A stretch of 64,000 bases of DNA, from NCBI GenBank assembly GCA_963715685.1, contig OY970264.1:2516071-2580070 (forward strand), given 5' to 3'. The DNA is from an uncultured Acidobacteriota bacterium (GTDB taxonomy: Bacteria; Acidobacteriota; Terriglobia; Acidiferrales; UBA7541). The notes under the pieces are model-generated. The model made no database searches. It was not told where the DNA came from and saw only the letters and a program-made list of their open reading frames with translations. Made by a program: the position numbers and the translations under genes. Below are positions 9,962 to 20,506 of the stretch, piece after piece; within the stretch, counting starts at the first letter, position 1; each line of letters starts with the position of its first letter.

Positions 9962-10825
9962 ATGGGCCGCCGCGAGGAGGACAAGATGCTCGGTTCCGGG
10001 ATTGATCTTTTCAAAGGCGCAGTCTGGGAAGGACCGGCAGGGTCTGCTGCAATATTGCCGCCCCAGAGCATGGCGAAAGCGCAAGAAACATTCTTAAAGG
10101 GGATGCTGGAGACGCCTTGGAAGCAGGGCCGGCGGAGTCCGGCGGAGTGGGCGGTGTCCATACTTTTGCACGTCGTAATTGTGAGCGCCGTGGTGGTGAC
10201 ACCGCTCTTTTTCACGCAGGTGATCGATCTCCGCGGCTTTCAGGCGATGTTTCTGGTCGCGCCAAGACCTCCCGCCGCACCGCCAGCGCCCGCGATGGCT
10301 GCGCAGAAAGCGCCGAGGCCTGTGGCCCGGATTCTCGAAACGAAGGCACTCACCGCTCCGACTATGGTTCCGCGAACCGTCCAAGTCGTACACGATGAAA
10401 TGGAGGCGCCCGATTTGGGAGTCGGCGTGATCGGCGGAGTGCCGGGCGGAGACTCGGGCGGCGCGCTGGGCGGAATCATCGGCGGTATCGGAAGTGGCGC
10501 GAAGCCGGCGCCGCCTCCGCCTTCGGCGAAGGCACCAAGGATCGTGCGCGTCGGAGGACTTGTCAAGGCGCCGCGCGAGCTTTACAAGCCTGAACCGGTA
10601 TATTCGCCGATCGCGCGTACCGCGCACGTCGAGGGTGTGGTTACCATTGACGCGCTCATCGACGAACATGGCGACGTCGTACAAGCGCACGCCATCGACG
10701 GCCCGGCGCTGCTGATTCCCTCGGCGCTCGCTGCGGTAGTGAAATGGAAGTACGAACCGACTTATTTGGACGGCGATCCCGTTTCGATCAGGATGCACGT
10801 GGAGGTGAGCTTCCGGCTACGGTGA
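9962..10825 (+). CDS. tonB: energy transducer TonB family protein
   Basis: Has an N-terminal TM segment, a Pro/Ala-rich linker (PRPPAAPPAPA...KPAPPPPSAKAP) and a C-terminal TonB_C motif (PEPVYSPIARTAHVEGVVTIDALIDEHGDV...KWKYEP). Confidence 0.85.
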   Translation: MGRREEDKMLGSGIDLFKGAVWEGPAGSAAILPPQSMAKAQETFLKGMLETPWKQGRRSPAEWAVSILLHVVIVSAVVVTPLFFTQVIDLRGFQAMFLVAPRPPAAPPAPAMAAQKAPRPVARILETKALTAPTMVPRTVQVVHDEMEAPDLGVGVIGGVPGGDSGGALGGIIGGIGSGAKPAPPPPSAKAPRIVRVGGLVKAPRELYKPEPVYSPIARTAHVEGVVTIDALIDEHGDVVQAHAIDGPALLIPSALAAVVKWKYEPTYLDGDPVSIRMHVEVSFRLR

Positions 10826-10879
10826 TTCTGCCGCACGCGCTGGCACACCGCGATTTGATTTCAATCGCCGAACACGCAC

Positions 10880-11959
10880 TCAAGGCTTTGGAATGTGCGC
10901 GGTATTGCGATCCGGAAAATCGGCAGCGAGTTGGGCGAGGGCCGCGTCGAGCGAGAGCTTCCCTTCCAGGTGCGGCTGCCAGTCTTTTACGAGCGCTTCT
11001 CGAAACGATGGGGAGAAACCGTGCTCCCAAAGATCGTTGCGATCCGCGTACGGGGTGTAGTTGGAATATAGCTGCTCGACGTAAAAGCCCACACTGAAGA
11101 ACAGTAGCGCGTGCCACAGATCGCGCGGCGCTGTCTTCTTGCGAGCGGCGAAATCGCGGAGCAGCGTATTCCCGACATTCTCGATCAACGTGTGAGAGGC
11201 CTCGTGAAAAAGAATCTCGAGCGCGGCCGTCTGCTGATTTCGGGAATCGATGCTGGAGATCGCAACGCGCGAAGGAAGTAGCGTGGTATAGGCGCCAGCC
11301 CAGTTTGCGTAGGCAACTACGTCGACGCGGATGGGTTGGCTGGGCCACGGCGTTTCAAACGCTTTCGCCAGCTCTTGCGATAGACCGGCGCCGTGCTGAT
11401 CGATCAGCGGCGTTACCGCATCGATCCAGGCGCGGTTGGCGCGGTCGTGTTGAGGCCACCAGTGCGCCCGATAAATCGGCGCGGCGCGATCGAGAACCCT
11501 CGCCAGCGCAAAATCGATGTGGACGCGGGCGAGCGTGGAAGCATCCTCCGATTCCTCCAGGCGATTCTTGACGATCCGCAAGGCGTCGTTTTTCAGCAGA
11601 TCGCGCTGAATGACATTCTCCCGATAGTAGGAAACCGCCGCGGACCAGGTCTTTTGCTCGTCCGGCGTCAAGCTGGTTGCGACGCTGGCGTCTTCTTGCG
11701 ATTCCGGTTCGTGCGCGATTGGGCGCGGGCCAGTGTCGCTAGCCGCGGCCTCTTCATACAGGAAGTGATGAAGATTGATCCAGAAGCCGCTGTGAAAATC
11801 GAAAAGCGCATGCGCGGCGCCACGATTGGCCTCTCGAGAGATGGGAGCGGACCCTGCCGCGGGACATCGCGATGAGAGCAGCAATGTTGCAGCGAACAGT
11901 ACGCCGATTATTGATGTGCACCGCTTGAGCGCCATCATCTCGAGATAACGTCTCCCCAT
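10880..11959 (-). CDS. hypothetical exported protein with an HExxH motif (putative zinc metallopeptidase-like)
   Basis: Signal-like N-terminus (MALKRCTSIIGVLFAATLLLSS) and a single HEASH motif in ALEILFHEASHTLIENV. I cannot name a family. Confidence 0.55.
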   Translation of the reverse strand: MGRRYLEMMALKRCTSIIGVLFAATLLLSSRCPAAGSAPISREANRGAAHALFDFHSGFWINLHHFLYEEAAASDTGPRPIAHEPESQEDASVATSLTPDEQKTWSAAVSYYRENVIQRDLLKNDALRIVKNRLEESEDASTLARVHIDFALARVLDRAAPIYRAHWWPQHDRANRAWIDAVTPLIDQHGAGLSQELAKAFETPWPSQPIRVDVVAYANWAGAYTTLLPSRVAISSIDSRNQQTAALEILFHEASHTLIENVGNTLLRDFAARKKTAPRDLWHALLFFSVGFYVEQLYSNYTPYADRNDLWEHGFSPSFREALVKDWQPHLEGKLSLDAALAQLAADFPDRNTAHIPKP

Positions 11960-11971
11960 TTCGTACGTTCG

Positions 11972-12739
11972 CTACGATTCGCCGCGCTCGCGAAGAAGCT
12001 TCTCGACGCGCTCGACGTCCGCTGGGACGTCGACGCTCACCGCGTCGTATTCGGACTCCACAACGCGAATTCGATAGCCATTCTCAAGCCAGCGAAGCTG
12101 TTCGAGCTGCTCGAGGTGCTCGAGTTCGCCCGGCGGAAGCGTCGGAAAATCGAGCAGCGCCCCGTGGCGAAAGGCGTACAGGCCGATGTGCTTCCAGTGG
12201 CGCGCCGCGACGGTTTCATGCCGGTCGCGCACCCAGGGGATCGGAGCGCGAGAGAAATAGAGCGCATTTCCGTCAAAATCGCGGACGACCTTGGCGATAT
12301 TCGGATCCATGATGTCGTTGGGTTGCTCGATCGCCACGCACGGCGTGGCAATCTGAACCGACTCGTCTTCGAGTATGGCGGAAACAAGAGCATCGATGGT
12401 TCCGGGGTCGATCAAGGGTTCGTCACCCTGCACGTTGACATAGATTCCCGCGCCGACGTGGGCGGCGACTTCGGCGACGCGATCGGTGCCCGAACGATGT
12501 TCGCTCCGCGTGAGGATGGCCTCCCCGGCAAAACTTTCGACAGCGCTCTTGATTCTGGCGTCATCGGTCGCGACCATAACGCGGGAGATCAGTCGAGCGC
12601 GGCGGACGCGCTCGACAACTCTCTGAATCATCGGTCGTCCCAGGATGGCAGCGAGCGGCTTGCCCGGAAAGCGCGATGATGCGTGGCGCGCCGGGATTAC
12701 GGCCAGAACCTGCGGCTTGGGAAACTCGGAAGAAGGCAT
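11972..12739 (-). CDS. kdsB: 3-deoxy-manno-octulosonate cytidylyltransferase (CMP-Kdo synthetase)
   Basis: Carries AVIPARHASSRFPGKPLA..GRPMIQ..., ..VNVQGDEPLI.. and ..YFSR.PIP. Confidence 0.9.
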   Translation of the reverse strand: MPSSEFPKPQVLAVIPARHASSRFPGKPLAAILGRPMIQRVVERVRRARLISRVMVATDDARIKSAVESFAGEAILTRSEHRSGTDRVAEVAAHVGAGIYVNVQGDEPLIDPGTIDALVSAILEDESVQIATPCVAIEQPNDIMDPNIAKVVRDFDGNALYFSRAPIPWVRDRHETVAARHWKHIGLYAFRHGALLDFPTLPPGELEHLEQLEQLRWLENGYRIRVVESEYDAVSVDVPADVERVEKLLRERGES

Positions 12740-12825
12740 TCAAGGGCGCAGCATCGGCTGCCGATGCGATAGTAGCATGGGGCAGCGAACGCCCTGCGAA
12801 CCGCTACCTGAAGGATGTTGTCCAA

Positions 12826-13905
12826 ATGAGAACGCTGCTTGATTTGGATTTGCACGGTGGTAAGATGCGGTCACAGGGCGTTTCCGGGGGTACCGTGAGA
12901 CACCGCGCCGCGCAAGCAGGCAGGAAGTGGGTTTTCGCGGGCGTCTGCGCGGTCGCAGTCGTCCTATTGAGTTTCGCGATCGCGTCACCCGCCCGGGCCC
13001 AGGACGTTCCCGCCGGTCCCTCAGTACCGCCTCCATCCGATTCCGAAAATTCCAAAATCCTGAAAGGCAAGCCCCTACGGACCGAAACCGAGCTGACACT
13101 CGTCGGCGCGTCGGTGACCGATCCGATGGGCCGACTTGTGACGGGACTCGAGCAGGAACAGTTCCGCGTCTTCGAGGACGGCGTCGAACAAGAGATCGTT
13201 CATTTTTCGAGCGAGGATGTTCCGGTCTCAATCGGCGTGATTTTCGATATGAGCGGGAGTATGTCGGACAAGATCGACAAGTCACGGCAGGCTGCGGTGC
13301 AATTCTTCCGCACCGCGAATCCGCAGGACGAATTTTTCCTGGTCAATTTCAACGACCGGGCGCAGTTGATCAGTCAGTTCACCGCCAGCGTGGACGATCT
13401 TCAGGACCGGTTGATGTACACGGCGGCGCACGGAATGACGGCGCTGTACGACGGCGTGTATCTCGGACTCAGCCAAATGAGGGGAGCACACAACGCGAAG
13501 AAAGCTTTGCTCATCTTATCAGACGGGGGAGATAATCATAGTCGGTACAGCGAAACCGAGATCCGAAAGTTTGTGCGGGAAGCGGACGTTCAGATTTACG
13601 CCATCGGGCTTTTCGACCCCGACGGCGGGCCGACCCCGGAGGAACGCGGCGGCCCCTCGCTTCTAGGGGATCTCACGATGATGACGGGCGGCAGGACCTT
13701 CGCGGTACAGAATTTGAGCGAACTGCCGGACATCGCATCGAAAATCAGCATGGAGTTGCGCAATCAGTATGTCTTGGGATACCGGCCGAGCAATCGGGCA
13801 CATGATGGCAAATGGCGCAAAATTAAAGTCAAGCTTCGTCCGCCCAAGGGCCTTCCTCCGCTCACTGTGTCCGCGAAAAGCGGGTACTTCGCAGCGGGCC
13901 ACTAG
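12826..13905 (+). CDS. VWA domain-containing exported protein (VWFA-related acidobacterial-type)
   Basis: Signal/TM segment (WVFAGVCAVAVVLLSFAIASPARAQ), N-terminal RTETELTLVGASVTD..G..VTGL..E.F.VFEDGV.Q.I, and the MIDAS motif DMSGSM. The start was set at ATG 12826 to avoid overlapping kdsB; ATG 12865 is also possible. Confidence 0.8.
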   Translation: MRTLLDLDLHGGKMRSQGVSGGTVRHRAAQAGRKWVFAGVCAVAVVLLSFAIASPARAQDVPAGPSVPPPSDSENSKILKGKPLRTETELTLVGASVTDPMGRLVTGLEQEQFRVFEDGVEQEIVHFSSEDVPVSIGVIFDMSGSMSDKIDKSRQAAVQFFRTANPQDEFFLVNFNDRAQLISQFTASVDDLQDRLMYTAAHGMTALYDGVYLGLSQMRGAHNAKKALLILSDGGDNHSRYSETEIRKFVREADVQIYAIGLFDPDGGPTPEERGGPSLLGDLTMMTGGRTFAVQNLSELPDIASKISMELRNQYVLGYRPSNRAHDGKWRKIKVKLRPPKGLPPLTVSAKSGYFAAGH

Positions 13906-13921
13906 CGGCGTTACCTTTCGC

Positions 13922-14986
13922 GTGCTGCGAATCCTCTGGCTTGCGATTTTTCTGGCGTGCCCCTTCGCTTACGCGCAGAATCCACCGCCGATTCTCGCGC
14001 CCGCGACTCCCCCGCCGCCACCTCCTCCGCCGAAGGCAGCGGGCCAGCAGGCTCCTTCCAACCGGCTCCGGTCGGAATCCGACCTCGTGGTGCTACACGT
14101 AACCGTTGCCGACGATCGAGGAGCATTCGTCCCCGAGCTGAAAGAGGGAAATTTCCGGATCTTCGAGCAGAACATCGAACAGAAGATTTCCGTCTTCTCG
14201 CAGGACGATATCCCCGTGACGATGGGGCTGGTGATCGACAACAGCGGCAGCATGCGCGAAAAGCGCGAACAAGTGAATGCGGCTGCGATGACCTTCGTGC
14301 GCACCAGCAATCCGCATGACGAGGCGTTCGTAGTCAATTTCAACGACGAGTATTATCTCGACACCGACGGGGATTTCACCAGCGATCAGCGGAACCTCAA
14401 TGACGCCCTTTCGCGGATCGATACGCGCGGCAGCACGGCGCTATACGACGCACTGATCGGCTCGCTCGACCATCTGAAAAAGGGCCACAAGGACAAGAGA
14501 GTCCTTCTGCTGGTGACCGACGGCGATGACGACGCCAGCTCGAAGACGCTCGAGGACGCCATGAAGGCCGCGCAGCAATCCAGCGCGACGATCTACGCGG
14601 TCGGCGTCTTCAGCGAGGATGATCGAAAGAACGACAAGAGAATGGTTCGCCACTCGAGGAAGGTGCTCACCGAACTAGCGGCGGCTACCGGCGGGCTAGC
14701 CTATTTCCCTGATTCCCTTTCCGAAGTGGCGCCGATCTGCGAGCAGGTGGCGCGCGAAATCCGCAATCAGTACACCCTCGGATACTACCCGGTGAATACG
14801 GCCCGGGACGGAACCTTTCGAACAGTTCAAGTGAAAGTGATCCCGCCGAACGGGAGGGGGAAACTTTCCGTGCGCACGCGCACGGGATACTATGCGCCGA
14901 CCTCCACCGCAGCCGACGCAAGTAGCATCGCCCAACCCCTCACCGCGAGCGCCGACCCAAGCAGCACCCCTGCCTCGCTGCGATAA
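13922..14986 (+). CDS. VWA domain-containing exported protein, tandem paralog of 12826..13905
   Basis: Same architecture as its neighbour: LRSESDLVVLHVTVADDRGAFVPELKEGNFRIFEQNIEQKI and the MIDAS motif DNSGSM. GTG 13922 gives the signal peptide VLRILWLAIFLACPFAYAQ. The start is uncertain because the ORF is open from 13769. Confidence 0.75.
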   Translation: MLRILWLAIFLACPFAYAQNPPPILAPATPPPPPPPPKAAGQQAPSNRLRSESDLVVLHVTVADDRGAFVPELKEGNFRIFEQNIEQKISVFSQDDIPVTMGLVIDNSGSMREKREQVNAAAMTFVRTSNPHDEAFVVNFNDEYYLDTDGDFTSDQRNLNDALSRIDTRGSTALYDALIGSLDHLKKGHKDKRVLLLVTDGDDDASSKTLEDAMKAAQQSSATIYAVGVFSEDDRKNDKRMVRHSRKVLTELAAATGGLAYFPDSLSEVAPICEQVAREIRNQYTLGYYPVNTARDGTFRTVQVKVIPPNGRGKLSVRTRTGYYAPTSTAADASSIAQPLTASADPSSTPASLR

Positions 14987-15087
14987 GCGCCTAGCGCGCA
15001 TCGCGATTCCTCGCTCGGCTCCAGCTGCGCCTTGCCGGCGACTCGTTCGAGCCGTTTGTCGCGCGGCGGGCAGAGGCGTATACTTTT

Positions 15088-18000
15088 TTGTTTAGGCACA
15101 TGCCAACGGAACGCACTGAGAAGCTGCCTCCAACAAACTCTGCAACGACGCGCGTGGATTCCATTCCTACGGTCGCGGATGCCGAGGAAATCTGCGTGCG
15201 CGGGGCGCGCGTCCACAATCTCAAGAATATCGACGTTACAATCCCGCACAACGCCATCACGGTGGTGACGGGCGTTTCCGGCTCGGGCAAGTCGAGTCTC
15301 GCGTTCGACACAATCTACGCCGAGGGGCAGCGGCGGTACATCGAATCGCTTTCGGCGTACGCGCGGCAATTCCTCGAGCGCATCGAAAAGCCGGACGTGG
15401 ACGAGATTACTGGAATCGCTCCGGCGATCGCGATCCGGCAGAAGAATTCGACCCGCAATCCGCGGTCCACCGTGGCCACGGCCACGGAAATCTACGACTA
15501 TCTGCGCCTGCTGTATGCGCGCGCCGGGCACACGTTCTGCTTTCGGTGCGGCGAAGAGGTTCGCAAGGACACGCTGGACGAGATTGCGGCGCGCGTGCTG
15601 GCGCTTCCCGAAGGGCGTCGATTTTACGTGCTGTACCAATTGGCGCTAGTCCCCGACGGGCATGCCGGTGCGGCAGCGGCTGCTGGGACCAGCGCGCGAA
15701 AATCGGCGCGGCCCGGCGCGGATGCGGTTCGCCAGGCGCTTGTGAGTCTACGCAAACGAGGATTCAACCGACTCTACCAGGCGGGGCGGGTGTTCGAGTT
15801 TTCGGCGCCGGAAGAGCTTCTCGACACGGATTTCACGAAGCCGGTGTACGTGCTCGTGGACCGGCTGGCGCTCTCGCCTGAGATTCGCTCCCGGCTGATG
15901 GATTCCATCGAGATCTGCTACCGCGAGGGACGCGGCGAGGCGATTCTGGAGTTTGTGGCGGACGACCCTGCGAGCGGCGCGCCCGAGCGGCTCCTGTTCA
16001 ACGAGCGCTTCGACTGCAAGAAGTGCGGTGCGGCGTATCAGGAGCCGGAGCCGAGGCTTTTCTCGTTCAACAATCCCTATGGAGCGTGCCCGCGCTGCCA
16101 GGGATTCGGCAACACCGTCGATTTCGATCTCGACCGCGTGGTTCCGGACAAAGGCAAATCGCTTACAGAAGGCGCGATCGAGCCGTGGACCAAGCCGAAG
16201 TACCGCCAGCTCGCGATCGAAATGCGCCGATATGCGCGAGCGAAGGGCATTCCGGTCGATGTGCCGTTTCGCGACCTGACGACAGCGCAGCGAAACGCGA
16301 TTCTGGACGGTGACCGCAAAGAAGATTTCCCGGGGGTGAAAGGCTTTTTCGCGTGGCTGGAACGGAAGAAATACAAGCTCCACGTGCGCGTGTTTCTCAG
16401 CCGCTACCGCGGGTACGCCACGTGTCCCGAATGCCACGGAACGCGACTGCGCGCGGAGGCGCGCGCCGTGAAAATCGCCGGGCGCCCAATCACCGAAGTC
16501 TGCCAGATGACCGTGAAACAGGCGCGACCGTTTTTCGATGGGCTGCGGCTAAGCCCCGCCGAAACCGTGATCGCGGAAAAAATTCTCGAAGAGATCCAGC
16601 AGCGGCTAAGATTTCTCGATGAAGTCGGGCTCGACTATCTCACGCTCGACCGGCTGACTTCGACCCTGTCGGGTGGCGAAGCGCAGCGTATTCAACTTGC
16701 GACGTCGCTCGGATCGCACCTCGTCGGCGCGCTCTACGTGCTCGACGAGCCTTCGATTGGCCTTCATCCGCGCGATACGAACCGCCTGATCGAAATTCTG
16801 CGCGGCCTGCGCGACTTGGGAAACACGCTGGTTGTCGTCGAGCACGATCCGGATACGATGCTGGCCGCGGACAAGATTCTCGATCTCGGTCCGGGCGCGG
16901 GCGAGCACGGCGGCAAGGTGATATTTTCCGGAACGCGCGAAGAATTGCTCGCGGACGCTGAGTCCATCACGGGCCGCTACTTGCGCGGCGATTTGCGCAT
17001 TGCGGTGCCGCAGCGGCGGCGGAAACCGCAGGGGAAGTTCCTGAAGATCTTCGGCGCGCGGAGCCACAATCTGCAAGGCATCGACCTGATGATTCCGCTG
17101 GGTCTGCTCGTTGCGGTGACCGGCGTGTCTGGTTCAGGAAAATCGACGCTCGTCCACGACGTGATCTACAAGTCGCTCGAGGCCAAGCGCATCGGCCGGA
17201 GCTGGCGCGAATGGTGCGACCGGATTGAGGGCGACGCGGCAATTCCAGCAGTCGAGATGGTGGATCAATCGCCGATCGGGAGGACGCCGCGCTCGAATCC
17301 GGCGACGTATCTGAAGGCGTTCGATTCGATTCGCGAAGTGTTTGCGGCCACACCGGAAGCGCGAAAACGAGGGCTCACCGCGGGCCATTTTTCGTTCAAC
17401 ATTCCCGGCGGGCGTTGCGAGGCGTGCCAGGGCGACGGTACGGTGACGGTCGAGATGCGCTTTCTCGCCGACGTGGAGCTTGTGTGCGAAGAGTGCCGCG
17501 GCACACGTTACAAGAGCAGCGTGCTCGAAGTGCGGTGTAAGGACAAAAGTATCCACGATGTGCTGCAGATGACCGTGCGCGAGGCGCTCGCGTTCTTCGC
17601 GCCGCATCCGAAGGTCACGTCGCGCTTGCGCGTGCTCGACGACGTAGGACTGGGCTATCTGCGCCTCGGGCAGTCTGGGACGACCCTTTCGGGCGGCGAA
17701 GCGCAACGCCTGAAACTGGCAGCGCATCTTACGCGGCAGGACAACGCGGGAATCCTATACATTTTCGACGAGCCGACGACCGGGCTGCACTTCGACGATA
17801 TTCAAAAGCTGCTAACCTCGTTCCGCAAGTTGATCGAGGGCGGCGCTTCGGTGCTCGTCATCGAGCACAATCTGGACGTGATTAAATCGGCGGATTGGAT
17901 GATCGACCTCGGCCCGGAGGGCGGAGACGAAGGCGGCCGCGTGGTGGCGGCGGGCACTCCCGAGCAGGTGGCGCGGAATTCGCAGTCGCACACGGGAAAG

Positions 18001-18102
18001 TTTCTAGCTCGCGTGCTGAGCGCCCGCAATGGCGGGAATCATGAAAATCATTCCGCACCGCCGATGGCGAAGCTGCCGGGCGAGAGCCGGTCGACAACCT
18101 GA
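15088..18102 (+). CDS. uvrA: excinuclease ABC subunit A
   Basis: Carries [46 protein letters not shown], two ABC modules, zinc-finger Cys pairs (CKKCG..CPRCQG, CPECHG) and the LSGGEAQR signature twice. Confidence 0.95.
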   Translation: MFRHMPTERTEKLPPTNSATTRVDSIPTVADAEEICVRGARVHNLKNIDVTIPHNAITVVTGVSGSGKSSLAFDTIYAEGQRRYIESLSAYARQFLERIEKPDVDEITGIAPAIAIRQKNSTRNPRSTVATATEIYDYLRLLYARAGHTFCFRCGEEVRKDTLDEIAARVLALPEGRRFYVLYQLALVPDGHAGAAAAAGTSARKSARPGADAVRQALVSLRKRGFNRLYQAGRVFEFSAPEELLDTDFTKPVYVLVDRLALSPEIRSRLMDSIEICYREGRGEAILEFVADDPASGAPERLLFNERFDCKKCGAAYQEPEPRLFSFNNPYGACPRCQGFGNTVDFDLDRVVPDKGKSLTEGAIEPWTKPKYRQLAIEMRRYARAKGIPVDVPFRDLTTAQRNAILDGDRKEDFPGVKGFFAWLERKKYKLHVRVFLSRYRGYATCPECHGTRLRAEARAVKIAGRPITEVCQMTVKQARPFFDGLRLSPAETVIAEKILEEIQQRLRFLDEVGLDYLTLDRLTSTLSGGEAQRIQLATSLGSHLVGALYVLDEPSIGLHPRDTNRLIEILRGLRDLGNTLVVVEHDPDTMLAADKILDLGPGAGEHGGKVIFSGTREELLADAESITGRYLRGDLRIAVPQRRRKPQGKFLKIFGARSHNLQGIDLMIPLGLLVAVTGVSGSGKSTLVHDVIYKSLEAKRIGRSWREWCDRIEGDAAIPAVEMVDQSPIGRTPRSNPATYLKAFDSIREVFAATPEARKRGLTAGHFSFNIPGGRCEACQGDGTVTVEMRFLADVELVCEECRGTRYKSSVLEVRCKDKSIHDVLQMTVREALAFFAPHPKVTSRLRVLDDVGLGYLRLGQSGTTLSGGEAQRLKLAAHLTRQDNAGILYIFDEPTTGLHFDDIQKLLTSFRKLIEGGASVLVIEHNLDVIKSADWMIDLGPEGGDEGGRVVAAGTPEQVARNSQSHTGKFLARVLSARNGGNHENHSAPPMAKLPGESRSTT

Positions 18103-18139
18103 GCGTCGGGGCCTGCGAAGCACGGTTCGCGTGAGGGGC

Positions 18140-19462
18140 ATGAGACTTTTTTCAAAGCCGCTCGTTTGCTGTGCACTCTTCGCGCTTCTGGGCACTCTCC
18201 AGTCAGGCTCGGCGCAAACGGGGACGGGGCCCAAGAAACACCTTGGCTCCGATCCCGCTGCACAAGCCCTAAACCAACTCCTCGCGGCCGCCCAGGCGGC
18301 GTTTGACAAACAAGATTACGCAACCGCCGCGCAGAACTATCAGGATTACCTCGCGAAGAAGCCGGACGATGCCGTGGTGCACTACGATCTCGGCTACGCA
18401 TACACCGCGATGCGCCGGCCGGCTGATGCGAAGACCGAATACGAGAAGGCGATTTCGCTCGATCCAAAAATGGCGGCTGCCTATTTGAATCTCGGGATCA
18501 CGCTTCTCGAGAGCGATCCGGGCGCGGCCGTCGATCCGCTGCAACACGCCGCAGCGCTCATGTCTAATCAGGCTCGGCCCAAGTTCCTGCTTGGGGTGGC
18601 GCTCGAGCGCACCGGAAAATTGCCGGCCGCCATCGAGCAGTATCAGGCAGCAGACAAAATTGATGCGAAAGACTTCGAAACCCATCTCGCTCTCGGGCGC
18701 GCGCTCGTGGACGCAGGCCGCGCGAGCGACGCCGAGCCGGAGCTTCGCTCGGCGCTGGAACTGCGTCCGGACGCGGCGCAGGCGCATTTTGAATTGGCTC
18801 GCAGCCTGGTCGAGCAGAAGAAGCTGGAAGCTGGCGCGTCCGAGCTTGCGACGTATCTGCAAGCCGAGCCGAGCGACACTGCCGTGAGAGTACAGCGCGC
18901 CGCGGTTCTCGTCGATCTCGCGAAAGAAGACGACGCCCTCGCCGAACTCGACCGTGCCGCCACCGCGGGACCAGAAAGTTTGCGCGCGCTCAAGCTGCGC
19001 TATCAAATTTACTGGGACGAGAAACGCTACAACGATGCGATTCCGGTACTGCAAAAGGCCGCCGCTCTCGCTCCGCAGGACCAAAACATTCCCGCTCTCC
19101 TCGGCCACGCGTACTTGGAAAAGAAGCTTTATCCCGACGCCATTAAGGAGCTCGCGACCGCGTACCGGATGGATCCGAATGCAAATGACGTGATCGCTGA
19201 TCTCATCGCAGCCGAGTACGCGGTCAAAAACTATGCGGCCGCGCTGCAGGCCCTCGACGTGCTCTCGAAGCGAAAAGACCTTCCCGCAGGAAGCTGGTTT
19301 ATTCGGGCGAGCTGTTACGATAACCTTGGTCAGTTGCAAGAGGCGCTCAACGCCTACAAACAGTTCCTGCAGTTGAACAAGGACGAGAACAACGACATGT
19401 ATTTCGTTTCCACGGAGCGGGTGCGAGTGCTGACTCGCGAGCTACGCGAAAAAAAGAGGTAG
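18140..19462 (+). CDS. exported tetratricopeptide-repeat protein
   Basis: Signal peptide MRLFSKPLVCCALFALLGTLQSGSAQ followed by repeated 34-aa TPR-like units (A..Y...L...P.d..a...LG.ay). ATG 18140 is preceded by GAGGGG. Confidence 0.8.
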   Translation: MRLFSKPLVCCALFALLGTLQSGSAQTGTGPKKHLGSDPAAQALNQLLAAAQAAFDKQDYATAAQNYQDYLAKKPDDAVVHYDLGYAYTAMRRPADAKTEYEKAISLDPKMAAAYLNLGITLLESDPGAAVDPLQHAAALMSNQARPKFLLGVALERTGKLPAAIEQYQAADKIDAKDFETHLALGRALVDAGRASDAEPELRSALELRPDAAQAHFELARSLVEQKKLEAGASELATYLQAEPSDTAVRVQRAAVLVDLAKEDDALAELDRAATAGPESLRALKLRYQIYWDEKRYNDAIPVLQKAAALAPQDQNIPALLGHAYLEKKLYPDAIKELATAYRMDPNANDVIADLIAAEYAVKNYAAALQALDVLSKRKDLPAGSWFIRASCYDNLGQLQEALNAYKQFLQLNKDENNDMYFVSTERVRVLTRELREKKR

Positions 19463-19466
19463 CGCC

Positions 19467-19973
19467 TTGCGCGGAAAGCTCCGCATCTGGGGACCAATTT
19501 TGATGGCAGCGCTTGCGGCCGGACCGGCCATTTCGCAGGAGCGGCTCGCGGGGCTTCGTTCCCGCTTCCAGCACGAATCCGATCCGGTCCGAAAAGCGAA
19601 GCTGATGCCGGACCTCGGCGATGCGGAGTTTCGGGAGATCCAACGAGACGCCGCTGACGGACGCGTGCCCGAGGCGCTCGCGGCGCTCCGCGAATATCGG
19701 GACGAAGCGGAATCGTGCGTGAAGGCGCTCGACGCAACGCAGATCAGCGCCGAAAAACATTCGTCCGGCTTCAAGCAGCTTCAGATTTCGCTGCAGGAAT
19801 CGCTGCGGAGGCTGGACACCCTGCTTCCCGCCATCGGCGGAAGCGAACAGGCGCCGTTTCTCGAGGCGCGAAAAGACCTGGATGACATGGACCGGCATCT
19901 CATCGAAGAACTGTTTCCGCGGCGCCCGGCTCCGCAGGCTGCGCCGCCAAAATCCACCCCGCAGGAACATTGA
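19467..19973 (+). CDS. hypothetical exported helical protein
   Basis: TTG start with AAGAGG 9 nt upstream. Signal-like N-terminus MRGKLRIWGPILMAALAAGPAIS. The rest is charged and helix-prone. No family recognised. Confidence 0.55.
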   Translation: MRGKLRIWGPILMAALAAGPAISQERLAGLRSRFQHESDPVRKAKLMPDLGDAEFREIQRDAADGRVPEALAALREYRDEAESCVKALDATQISAEKHSSGFKQLQISLQESLRRLDTLLPAIGGSEQAPFLEARKDLDDMDRHLIEELFPRRPAPQAAPPKSTPQEH

Positions 19974-20506
19974 TGCGTCATCGAAATTCCACCTTGGCAA
20001 TTTTGACGATGCTGATGCTGGCGAGGCTCGCATCGCCTTCCGCGACTCGCGCTCTGCCGCAGCAGAAGGATTACCTGAGCGACGAAGAGGCGGACAAGAT
20101 CCGCGACGCCCTCACGCCGGCGGAGCGCATCAGGCTGTATCTCCTTTTCGCCGAAGATCGGCTGAAAAAATTCGACTACGAACTGAACCGATCGACGCCC
20201 GAAAGGCGGCGCGCCGAAGTTTTGAACAACCTGATGAACGGGTATGCTGGCTGCGTCGACGACGGCGCCGATCAAATCGCCATGGCCCGCGAGAAGCAAA
20301 TGGACATTCGCGCAGAGTTGAAGCTCATGCGGACGAAGTACCAGGCATTTCTCGATCAGCTCGAGAAATACGATAAGGACGGACCGGAGCTCGACACTTA
20401 CCGGGACACGCTCGAAGATGCCATCGAGGGCACGAAGGACGCTCTATCCGATGTCGACGAGGCCTCAAAGGAAATGCTCCCTGCCCCGGTGCGGAGGAAG
20501 CAGTGA
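19973..20506 (+). CDS. hypothetical exported helical protein (possible distant paralog of 19467..19973)
   Basis: The ATG overlaps the upstream TGA (TGATG). Signal-like N-terminus MRHRNSTLAILTMLMLARLASPSATRA. Charged, helix-prone body. Confidence 0.55.
   Translation: MRHRNSTLAILTMLMLARLASPSATRALPQQKDYLSDEEADKIRDALTPAERIRLYLLFAEDRLKKFDYELNRSTPERRRAEVLNNLMNGYAGCVDDGADQIAMAREKQMDIRAELKLMRTKYQAFLDQLEKYDKDGPELDTYRDTLEDAIEGTKDALSDVDEASKEMLPAPVRRKQ

Noticed and set aside
11595-11625. Fourth copy of the intergenic repeat head (minus strand GTCATTCAGCGCGATCTGCT)
   Set aside because: It lies in frame inside the HExxH protein gene (ENVIQRDLL), is short, and lacks the tail and hairpins. It is probably a chance similarity.
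12676-12825. Upstream extension of the first VWA gene, overlapping the kdsB start
   Set aside because: It would overlap kdsB by 64 nt on the opposite strand and precedes the signal peptide. ATG 12826 is more plausible.
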